A DNA stretch of 64,000 nucleotides from an uncultured Methanosarcinales archaeon (GTDB taxonomy: Archaea; Nanobdellota; Nanobdellia; Woesearchaeales; GW2011-AR9), in the NCBI GenBank assembly GCA_964343575.1, contig CAYFJV010000001.1:596705-660704 (forward strand), in the 5' to 3' direction. Below the pieces are notes generated by a model. The model did not search any database and was not told the DNA's origin. It saw only the letters and a list, made by a program, of their open reading frames with translations. Each line of letters begins with the position of its first letter. Positions within the stretch are counted from its first letter, which is position 1. Made by a program: the position numbers and the translations under genes. Of the stretch, positions 47,647-55,483 are shown piece by piece.

Positions 47647-48021
47647 ATGGTGTACGATATCATGATTGATGACGGAAGAAATCCAAGTATGCTCGTTGCA
47701 GCAGCAGATCTGAAAAAAGGAGAGTTTGTAGGCTTAGACCTGCAACCAGCACTCGCCCAAGCAGATGTTTTGGGAGTGTGTTTGAGAGATTCAGATCAAA
47801 ACCAATCAATATCACTTGGAGCGTTAGGAACATTCTACCTTGACGTAGAAGTTGCAGCAAGTGCAACTCTTAACGTTGGTGATGAGTTGGAAGTCAAAGA
47901 CGCAAGCACGTTGCAGGCAAAAACCACAGGAGTAGTCGTAGCAAAAGCATACGAGAAAGTTGACAACAGTGCCGGAGGCAGTGCGGTTACCAAAAAAATT
48001 CCTGTGAAAATAATCAAGTAA
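47647..48021 (+). CDS. capsid decoration/cement protein (DUF2190-like)
   Basis: AAADLKKGEFVG...VLGV...LNVGDEL...VAKAYE; GAGGTGA SD. Confidence 0.6.
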   Translation: MVYDIMIDDGRNPSMLVAAADLKKGEFVGLDLQPALAQADVLGVCLRDSDQNQSISLGALGTFYLDVEVAASATLNVGDELEVKDASTLQAKTTGVVVAKAYEKVDNSAGGSAVTKKIPVKIIK

Positions 48022-48039
48022 AATGGAGGAGAGAGAACA

Positions 48040-48846
48040 ATGAAATCAATGCAAGAACTGTTTTCCACACAAGATGCCGCACCTCTCATCAAGGAAGTCA
48101 TTGACTCCAACGTGTTCAAAGTAGCAACGAGAGAACGAGTGGGCAGAAAGTTTGTAAGAGTGATCACTCTTAATGAGGGTTCAGCCTTAAAAATTCCCAA
48201 GATGGGAGAAGGACAAGCCTACGTCATCCCAGAACTAGGTCAAATTCCATTGGATGTAAGCGACTTCACTGAAGTTGTCGTTACACCATTCAAGATAGGG
48301 AAAGCCTTTGCTGTAGCAAAAGAATCAATTGAAGACTCGGCATTTGACGTGGTAAGACTCAAAGCTGATATGGCTGCAGAAGATGTAGCAAGAAAAGAAG
48401 ATAAGGAAATCTTCAGAGTATTAGAAAACACTACAAATACAGTCAGTCCAAAAACACCAGGAGAATTCGTGCAAGAAGACGTCGTCACGTTAAGAAATGC
48501 TGTGAACAAGAATAACTACAAAGCCAAATGGCTTATTGCACACCCTGATGACTTGGCACGTCTAGAAAAGGACCTTATTGGCAAAGGCTACAAGGCATTT
48601 GACAGGCTTGATGAGGAAGGAATCCTTGGCAATGTAGCTGGCTTACAAGTCCTTGAAACCACTGCACTTAACCCAGGAACGATCCTTGCTCTTGACAGTA
48701 GAGCTGTGGTGTTAGTGGAGAGACGTCCGCTCTCTATTGAGAATTTCACTGACCCGTTGAGAGATTTGGCAGGGGGAGTGACCATCACAGAGAGAGTAGC
48801 ACCAGCCGTATTAGACGATAATGCTGTCGCAAAGATGACCTTGTAA
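48040..48846 (+). CDS. major capsid protein (HK97 fold)
   Basis: IPELGQIP, VTPFKIG, KESIEDS, ARKEDKEIF, WLIAHP, G.VAGLQV. Confidence 0.85.
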   Translation: MKSMQELFSTQDAAPLIKEVIDSNVFKVATRERVGRKFVRVITLNEGSALKIPKMGEGQAYVIPELGQIPLDVSDFTEVVVTPFKIGKAFAVAKESIEDSAFDVVRLKADMAAEDVARKEDKEIFRVLENTTNTVSPKTPGEFVQEDVVTLRNAVNKNNYKAKWLIAHPDDLARLEKDLIGKGYKAFDRLDEEGILGNVAGLQVLETTALNPGTILALDSRAVVLVERRPLSIENFTDPLRDLAGGVTITERVAPAVLDDNAVAKMTL

Positions 48847-48874
48847 AGCTAAGCACAGCAAGGAGGAAGGATTA

Positions 48875-49621
48875 ATGGACATCAGTAGCTTGAAGACTCA
48901 GATAATCACAGAATCGAACAAATTCAGGTTAGCTCCGAAGCTCCTCCAACTGCAGAAAGTATCCGAAGGTGCGGCCACAAAAGTCACCAAAATCAAGAAT
49001 GTGAATGGTGCAGTAGTTCCTACTTTAGGATCTGCTCCCATTTCTCTTTTTGATGCAGATTCAGTTATTGTATTTTTTCTTACTCTTAAACTTCCGATCA
49101 TGTTTTCTGCTGAAGAATTTGAAGACAACGCTCTTAATGAGGTTCTTCAAAAATCATTCAAACAAACATTCCATTTAGCAAATACTGAAAACAGGCTCGT
49201 AGTTGATTCATTAATTGCTGGTGCTGGCAAAACTATTACCTCCCAAAGCAAACCTGATATAAGGGAGACTCCCGTTCTCGATAATTTTCTTGCTGCCATG
49301 AAGTTTATTGAAGAGAATGGGTACTCTCCCACTACAATTTTAGTGAACGCTGGTATTGCAGAATCATTACGGCAACGAGAAGAGTTAAAAGAAAAACTTG
49401 TCTCGTATGCTACTGAAGTTATCATTAACGTTGCAGTTCCAGATGATACAGTGATTATTCTTGATAGCAATCATGCAGGTCTTTTCTTAGAGAGAGTTCC
49501 TCTTGAGATTAATGACTTTGCAGATCACTGGAACGGCAAGAAAGGATTCATCTTGAGGGAACGAGTAGCTCCTGTTATCACTGATGGAAATGCTGTGGCG
49601 GTGATCAAGAATGGGTCTTGA
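48875..49621 (+). CDS. second HK97-fold capsid protein paralogue
   Basis: C-term LDS...LERVPLEINDFAD...LRERVAPVITDGNAVA aligns with MCP C-term. Confidence 0.75.
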   Translation: MDISSLKTQIITESNKFRLAPKLLQLQKVSEGAATKVTKIKNVNGAVVPTLGSAPISLFDADSVIVFFLTLKLPIMFSAEEFEDNALNEVLQKSFKQTFHLANTENRLVVDSLIAGAGKTITSQSKPDIRETPVLDNFLAAMKFIEENGYSPTTILVNAGIAESLRQREELKEKLVSYATEVIINVAVPDDTVIILDSNHAGLFLERVPLEINDFADHWNGKKGFILRERVAPVITDGNAVAVIKNGS

Positions 49622-50399
49622 GATTGAATACCTAGAACAATTGAAAGCAGCTTCAGATGCAATCAAAGCAGTAGCTGAAGCCATCACAGTTCAAGGAGAT
49701 GGAAGTCTTAATGTCAATACTCAAAATCCAGTCGATATAGTAGCTATTAAAGACGGAGCTGATGATAATAAGAAAGCTCAAGTAAATGCAGCAGGCAGAC
49801 TTCTTGTTGAAACTGAACAACAAGGTACAAATGATACTATTATAGTCGATCCAGATGATAACAATAAGAAAGCAAAAGTTGATGCTAATGGCAGACTTTT
49901 AGTAACAAGTGATGGTGGCGGAACTTCAGGATCAGTAACAATAGAAGATGCCAATGATTCGAATAAGAAAGTATTTGTTGATGCTTCAGGAAGATTGCTT
50001 GTAGCTTTACCTCCTCCTTCTCCTCCAGTCGGAACAACTGAAGTGAAGCAGACAAAGTTTGACGACGTTAATGGAAACAGTGCTGATTATGATTACTATG
50101 TTATTCCAAGTGGAGAAACTGTTCGTATTCAGAAACTTCTTGGATCATCTGAAGATAGGGGCAAGGATACGTATGTAGCGTTATGGTTAGACAATAACGG
50201 TGATACTCCTACTGGAAGTCAACGTGATGGACATCCAAACTGGGTTCTTATTGCAATGGCATTCACCAATATTAGCAATGTGAATTTTGATTTGAATGAA
50301 GAGATCATTGGAGATGGGACAAAAAGAGTAGTGTTGCATCGTCGAAGAATGGAAGCAGGAAGACGATTAGTATTTGCGAGGTGGCAAGGGTATTACTAA
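49611..50399 (+). CDS. putative head fibre / virion structural protein with internal repeats
   Basis: three copies of I.D..D.NKK..V.A.GRLLV. Confidence 0.55.
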   Translation: MGLEIEYLEQLKAASDAIKAVAEAITVQGDGSLNVNTQNPVDIVAIKDGADDNKKAQVNAAGRLLVETEQQGTNDTIIVDPDDNNKKAKVDANGRLLVTSDGGGTSGSVTIEDANDSNKKVFVDASGRLLVALPPPSPPVGTTEVKQTKFDDVNGNSADYDYYVIPSGETVRIQKLLGSSEDRGKDTYVALWLDNNGDTPTGSQRDGHPNWVLIAMAFTNISNVNFDLNEEIIGDGTKRVVLHRRRMEAGRRLVFARWQGYY

Positions 50400-50400
50400 C

Positions 50401-50793
50401 ATGACAGCAGAAAAATACAAAGGAAAAGTAGAACTCTATGGACCGAACAATCCAATCAACCTCCCAACAAGCTACACCACAATCTTTGATATTATAGGAG
50501 AGGGTTTTATTGACATGCTCAAACTTTCTTTCACTAGCATTTCAAGAGTTTGGGTCAAAGTAACTATCGACAGTAATGTCTATTATGAGTTTGATCTTGC
50601 AGATCTGAGAAATAAAGTCAATCTCTCTCGTGACGAACAAGACACATATCTAAGTACTGCAAGAAATTCATTTGCAGATTCGTATCCTGTCCCCTTATTC
50701 TTTGAAGACTCTCTCAAAGTTGAAGTCAAAAAATCATCGGGTAACAGGAAGATCAAAGGAGGAATTATCAGGTATAGAATGAGGGGAGCGTAA
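50401..50793 (+). CDS. viral beta-rich hypothetical protein
   Basis: ATG 50401 directly after previous stop. Confidence 0.6.
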   Translation: MTAEKYKGKVELYGPNNPINLPTSYTTIFDIIGEGFIDMLKLSFTSISRVWVKVTIDSNVYYEFDLADLRNKVNLSRDEQDTYLSTARNSFADSYPVPLFFEDSLKVEVKKSSGNRKIKGGIIRYRMRGA

Positions 50794-51030
50794 ATGGTAA
50801 CTGTACAAGAAAAAATGGATACAATTGAAGCAGGGCCTAATTACGTCAGTGGTTCATTGATCATCAAAAGCAGTGATGATAGAGGAGTTGTCTTGAAATG
50901 GCTTGAACAATCCAATGGAGTTGCTGAAAGAAAAGAGCATTTCATCCAATTAGATGAAGATGAATCAAACTTACCATTAGAAGAACGAACAGCAATCAAT
51001 GATATTGAAATAGAACCGCCAAGTGGGTGA
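50794..51030 (+). CDS. viral hypothetical protein
   Basis: 78 aa, coupled. Confidence 0.55.
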   Translation: MVTVQEKMDTIEAGPNYVSGSLIIKSSDDRGVVLKWLEQSNGVAERKEHFIQLDEDESNLPLEERTAINDIEIEPPSG

Positions 51031-51036
51031 ACAACA

Positions 51037-51195
51037 GTGAGTAATTGGCAATACAAAGTGATCAGTAAACGAGTTAAGAATATTTCAGAGAAAGCACTCG
51101 ATAAACTAGGCAATAATGGATGGGAGCTCATATTCATGACCCAGCTTTGGAATGGCAAAGTTATTGCGGTCTTCAAAAGAGAAATTACGAGGTGA
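51037..51195 (+). CDS. DUF4177-like small protein (52 aa)
   Basis: NWQYKV...LDKLGNNGWELI...VFKR; GGTGA SD, GTG start; not in track. Confidence 0.65.
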   Translation: MSNWQYKVISKRVKNISEKALDKLGNNGWELIFMTQLWNGKVIAVFKREITR

Positions 51196-51198
51196 ACT

Positions 51199-51423
51199 GT
51201 GGCAAGTAAGAACCAACCAGAGTATGACCCAAAGACAAGGGTAAAAGCTGCAGCTAAGCGATTCTTGAAAGGATTGCTCGCTACGCTTCTCGTTGCAGGA
51301 GTGCAATATGCAGCAGAGTTTGTGCAAGCAAGTGCAGACTTATTCCCTGCAGAATCAGCTTTGACAGGACTTGTTGTGTCTGTTCTCTTAGCATTAGAGA
51401 AGGGCCTACAAAAAGCAAAATGA
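51199..51423 (+). CDS. holin-like two-TM protein
   Basis: KRFLKGLLATLLVAG / ALTGLVVSVLLALEK, GAGGTGA SD. Confidence 0.55.
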   Translation: MASKNQPEYDPKTRVKAAAKRFLKGLLATLLVAGVQYAAEFVQASADLFPAESALTGLVVSVLLALEKGLQKAK

Positions 51424-51499
51424 AACTGAGGGAGAGAATGTCGATTGAGTTTATGGTCTTAATTGGATGGATCATGATGAAATACAAACAAGTGAAAAA

Positions 51500-51988
51500 A
51501 TGGCTCAAACAGAATATACAACGGTAGCTATTGCGAAAGCAAGAGTTGGAGAGAATAATGTTAGCTCTGACATTCAGGACAGTGAGATCACTCAATGGAT
51601 TCAAGAAGCCAGCAACTTCATAGATTTATGTACGAAGAAAATAGGGAACAGCTGGCAACCAACTGATACATTATATCCAACAGTGCAACAGATTGTTACA
51701 GATCTGGTTGTGATCAAACTGCTTCTGAGAATGAGCGGTGCTGGAAGCGGAACAACATCAGGACTCTCTTATAGAGTTGGTGATTTTTCAGTGGACAAGA
51801 AGAATGTGGACTCATCTTCAGTAAAGGAAATCGCTATCTATGAGAAGAGTGCAAAAAATAGTTTAGCTGAATTGAAAGATCATCTCAGCGTTGATAAGAC
51901 TACAAATTTTATCGGTGCTTCTGTAATTGAAGGTGACCCGTCCCCTCAAACCAACTTCGGAAGCAATGCTCCACAACGTGAGGAATAA
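51500..51988 (+). CDS. head-tail adaptor
   Basis: YTTVA...DSEITQWIQEASNFID...SYRVGDFSV; position. Confidence 0.7.
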   Translation: MAQTEYTTVAIAKARVGENNVSSDIQDSEITQWIQEASNFIDLCTKKIGNSWQPTDTLYPTVQQIVTDLVVIKLLLRMSGAGSGTTSGLSYRVGDFSVDKKNVDSSSVKEIAIYEKSAKNSLAELKDHLSVDKTTNFIGASVIEGDPSPQTNFGSNAPQREE

Positions 51989-52362
51989 TGGAAATCACTG
52001 GACAGGACTTTGAGAAAATAGTAGACCTGGACATCGGAATAGATGTAACTCTGCGAAGAAAGACTCAAACCATTGATCCAGATTATGGCAGTTTGATATC
52101 CGACTCATTCCAAGATCACACTATTAAATTGGTGTGGCAAGAGGTTACAGGAGAAGTGGAGAATTTCAGGCCAGAAGGGGAATTTAAGATAGGAGACATC
52201 AAAGCGTATGCCAAACAATCGTATGATGGAGGATCACTCATTCCCGATAGCAAAACAGATGTCATTCTTAAAGATGGAACGGAATATAAGATTGTAAAGA
52301 TCACCACTAAAACTGCAGGCTCTGAAGTAATCTATAAGTTGCTACAGTTGAGAATAAATTAA
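51988..52362 (+). CDS. head closure protein
   Basis: VTLRRKT...GDIKAY...DVILKDGTEYKIV; position. Confidence 0.65.
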   Translation: MEITGQDFEKIVDLDIGIDVTLRRKTQTIDPDYGSLISDSFQDHTIKLVWQEVTGEVENFRPEGEFKIGDIKAYAKQSYDGGSLIPDSKTDVILKDGTEYKIVKITTKTAGSEVIYKLLQLRIN

Positions 52363-52363
52363 T

Positions 52364-53125
52364 TTACACTTGCTTGAAGAATTCTGATGAAACCCATTTA
52401 CCAAAAGTGTCTAGAATTGAAATAGCACTTTTTCTATCAGGAGATTTACTTTTTGCAATTTTCAAAACAGCATTTATTTCTTTTTTCTTTTCAGGATAAT
52501 GTTTAACGAAAATGTTTGTCATTTCATTAAGACCAGTCGTCCAGTAATTTTCTTTTTCCATTACAATACTAAAAGCTGTTCTGATAATCTTTTTCATAAT
52601 TGATTTTATATGTAAGTTTGCATCATCTTCATCTGCAGATTTGATCTTTCTTCTTGCTTCCTTAATGTTTTTATCAATATCTGAGTGTAGATTTCTAGCT
52701 AATTTTTTTGTTGGACTAAACTTTATTGCCTTCTGATAAAGAGTCTCACCAAAGATTTTAACACTTAGAATAGTGAGGAAAAATCTCCAACCATATGATT
52801 CTTTACCACGTAAAACTTCATTCTTATGTGTAACAGCGAAACCAACTTCCCTGAACGTTCTTTGATATTTTTGCGAAAGAGATTTTTCTAATTGTTTCAA
52901 TTGATCTTTTAATCTTGTCGTTGGCTTTAATTTTAGAACAACCACAATATCTAAATCAGAAGTTGGAGATTTTGCCTGTCCTGTTGCAACACTTCCATAC
53001 AAGTAAATACTGTGAATCTTATCAGAATATTTTAGCAACTCTGACTTAACATCTTTCAAGATTGGTCGATATTTTGCTGCAATTTTCTTGAGCGAGACCT
53101 CTTTTTTGATGTAAACAGATTTCAT
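52364..53125 (-). CDS. nucleotidyltransferase (MNT-like) cargo gene
   Basis: YLYGSVATG...SDLDIVVV; antisense, AT-rich, inside neck module. Confidence 0.8.
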   Translation of the reverse strand: MKSVYIKKEVSLKKIAAKYRPILKDVKSELLKYSDKIHSIYLYGSVATGQAKSPTSDLDIVVVLKLKPTTRLKDQLKQLEKSLSQKYQRTFREVGFAVTHKNEVLRGKESYGWRFFLTILSVKIFGETLYQKAIKFSPTKKLARNLHSDIDKNIKEARRKIKSADEDDANLHIKSIMKKIIRTAFSIVMEKENYWTTGLNEMTNIFVKHYPEKKKEINAVLKIAKSKSPDRKSAISILDTFGKWVSSEFFKQV

Positions 53126-53163
53126 ACATTGAAAGTACAACTTGGAATATATAAAAGCTCCTG

Positions 53164-53185
53164 AAATAATATTAAGAAAAAAATA
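53164..53185 (+). promoter_or_regulatory. viral promoter-like motif copy 2
   Basis: AAATAATATTAAGAAAAAAATA starting 35 nt before ATG 53199. Confidence 0.7.
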
Positions 53186-53198
53186 CAGTCCTCATTCT

Positions 53199-53561
53199 AT
53201 GGTCAAGATAAGGGTAATTAGCCCTGACCTCAAGAAGCTAAAGAAGAAAGTAGATGCGTATGGTGACAAGGGCTTCAAGGAAGACGTGCATGAATCCATA
53301 AGGAAAGTGCTCCCGAAGATTCATGGAGATGCAGTGGTCAATGCTCCTGCTAAAACAGGGTTGTTGAAAGCATCGTTGCATGTTGGATTTGAAGATGACC
53401 TCACAGGCTTCATAGCTGATGGGGTATTTTACGGTGTCTTCCAGGAGGAAGGGACTCGGACAATACCGCCAAAGCATTTCATGAGAAATGCTGTCAATAA
53501 ACATTTCCCAAGTGTGGGAGATGCAGTCAAAGTAAGCGTGCAAAAAAGATTCAATCAATAG
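53199..53561 (+). CDS. HK97 gp10-like tail completion protein
   Basis: NAPAKTGLLKASL, YGVFQEEGTRTIPPKHFMRNA. Confidence 0.85.
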   Translation: MVKIRVISPDLKKLKKKVDAYGDKGFKEDVHESIRKVLPKIHGDAVVNAPAKTGLLKASLHVGFEDDLTGFIADGVFYGVFQEEGTRTIPPKHFMRNAVNKHFPSVGDAVKVSVQKRFNQ

Positions 53562-53604
53562 AATCTTAGCAAGCGTCTCTTCAAGAGTGAGGAGGGCTAA
53601 AGGA

Positions 53605-54066
53605 ATGGAAAAAGAACCAATAATCATAGTCCAAGATTTGCTACGGGCAGAACTCTACGACTATAATACAAGTAGAACTGGAGAATGGATTTATCCAGAC
53701 TTCCCAAAAGTAAACTTAGGAAATCCTTCTTACCCTCGGGTATCTGTTACAGATGCCGATGAGCCTGCTTCTAAGATAACTGTTGGAACAAAAGATGAAA
53801 TGCAAACCATTGACATTGATATCAATGTATGGGTTAAGTCAGGAATCATCTATGAAAGAGACTCCGAACAGTTTGAAGGTACAAAGTTGCGAGATGCTAT
53901 CGCCAGAGAGATAGTAGAACTATTGAGAACAAAGCAACTGGATTTAGATGCGCTAGGCTTGAGAAATTATCAGAGACTTGGGATGAAGCCCATTAATACG
54001 GAAGTTGCTGAAGGCGTTGTAAGAAAACAGATCACTGTCAGATTCCAAAGATCAGTGAAGCATTAG
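53605..54066 (+). CDS. tail terminator protein
   Basis: YPRVSV, IDINVW; position before tail tube. Confidence 0.6.
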   Translation: MEKEPIIIVQDLLRAELYDYNTSRTGEWIYPDFPKVNLGNPSYPRVSVTDADEPASKITVGTKDEMQTIDIDINVWVKSGIIYERDSEQFEGTKLRDAIAREIVELLRTKQLDLDALGLRNYQRLGMKPINTEVAEGVVRKQITVRFQRSVKH

Positions 54067-54124
54067 GTTGTGGTGAATTGAGTTGAAACCAAAACAAAAT
54101 CAAAACAACGGAGGATGATTAACC

Positions 54125-54592
54125 ATGACCTTATTTTTCGGAACACAAGGAAGCGTCGAGATTGACACAGTTCAATCCGAAAACATTACAGAGTGGAGTT
54201 TATCCACAAGTGCAGACATTGAGCAAATTAAGACCATTGGAAATTTCACCATCTTTGATGAAAAACCACTGGACTTAGTTGAAGGGAGTTTGAGTATCAT
54301 TACTGATGATCCTGGCTTTGTTGGAAAGCTATTCGGTAATGTTGTGACTCAAGCAGACACTCCAGCTGCAGGAGATACTACAACAACCATTACTCTTGGA
54401 ACTACAAGAACCAAGTTTAATGCAACATTCGATTACACTGATGCTGACGGTAATCAGTTTAAGATCGATTGTGTTGACTGCGTGGCCACTGATCACGAGT
54501 TTAGCAACGAAGCTGAAGGAATCTTTGAGGAGAGCTTCAGTTTCAATGTGAAACCTGAGAACATAACCATCACGCATGTCAAAAAGGCATAA
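54125..54592 (+). CDS. major tail tube protein
   Basis: FGTQGSVEID...ITEWSLS...EESFSF beta-rich; position. Confidence 0.7.
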   Translation: MTLFFGTQGSVEIDTVQSENITEWSLSTSADIEQIKTIGNFTIFDEKPLDLVEGSLSIITDDPGFVGKLFGNVVTQADTPAAGDTTTTITLGTTRTKFNATFDYTDADGNQFKIDCVDCVATDHEFSNEAEGIFEESFSFNVKPENITITHVKKA

Positions 54593-54627
54593 GCCTATTG
54601 ACTAAACAATTAGGCGGGATCAGACTC

Positions 54628-54984
54628 ATGGAAGAACAACAAAAACCTAAAGAGGAAACAGAAAGCAAAGAAACGCCAAAAGAGAAGATGGAACAGCAAG
54701 AGTTCCGAAACATAACCATATACCACATGCATAAGGATGTGGTTACGGAATTCAAGCAATGGTGTAAAATCCATGCTGGTAACAAATTCCCTGCTGGCAT
54801 CGATCTTTTGCTTTCTAGGGCTAAAATGTATGACTCTCTCACACAAGTTGAGACGAGACTCGCTGCTGTAGAGCAGCAACTTGCCATGCTTCTGCCTGGT
54901 AAGAAGAGTGCCGAGGAGCATTCAGAAAAAACAGAAGTTAAGACCATAGGAGGTGCACAGCATGGCAAACAGACACAAGCTTAG
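54628..54984 (+). CDS. possible ribbon-helix-helix + coiled-coil protein
   Basis: ITIY-HMHKDVVTEFKQWC-FPAGIDLLL then heptads. Confidence 0.45.
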   Translation: MEEQQKPKEETESKETPKEKMEQQEFRNITIYHMHKDVVTEFKQWCKIHAGNKFPAGIDLLLSRAKMYDSLTQVETRLAAVEQQLAMLLPGKKSAEEHSEKTEVKTIGGAQHGKQTQA

Positions 54985-55294
54985 AGATTTGTTGGCAAAG
55001 TCAAACGAAAAGAAAACTATCGAAGTTCCCTACAACGATGATGTTGTGGAAGTGGAGATCACTCCAGTAACCTTTGGAACAGTAATGTCCAAAGGAGGAG
55101 GCAAAGACCCAAGTGATAAGGAGATGACACGAGAGATCATCAAAGCAGCCACTGGCCTGTCAGATGAAGAAGTGAATAAGCTACCACTGGACTTTGTTCC
55201 TGCATTAGGAGATGCCATTTCCAAAGAATCAGGACTGGACAAATTGGCTCAAAGGCGAGCTGAACGTTTTCCAAGTCCTCAGAAGGGAGAGTAA
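54962..55294 (+). CDS. tail assembly chaperone (gpG-like)
   Basis: position before TMP; GLSDEEVNKLP...ISKESGL; AGGAGGTG SD. Confidence 0.7.
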   Translation: MANRHKLRDLLAKSNEKKTIEVPYNDDVVEVEITPVTFGTVMSKGGGKDPSDKEMTREIIKAATGLSDEEVNKLPLDFVPALGDAISKESGLDKLAQRRAERFPSPQKGE

Positions 55295-55443
55295 TCTACA
55301 TCCTTCTGAGGTACTACGGATTAACGTGGGATCAGGTAGCGAAGCTGACCATGCCACAAGTTCACTTCATGCTCACTGCATATAACGAGGAGATCAAAGA
55401 AAAGAACAAGCAAATGAAGCGAGCAAGAAGAAGAAAGCGATAG
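55267..55443 (+). CDS. -1 frame extension of tail assembly chaperone (gpT-like)
   Basis: open -1 frame ...YYGLTWDQVAKLTMPQVHFML...RRRKR-stop; hairpin 55277-55311. Confidence 0.65.
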   Translation, partial: FSKSSEGRVIYILLRYYGLTWDQVAKLTMPQVHFMLTAYNEEIKEKNKQMKRARRRKR

Positions 55444-55483
55444 CTTCCTGCGAGGACAGGTGAAACACAATGGGATGTAAGCA

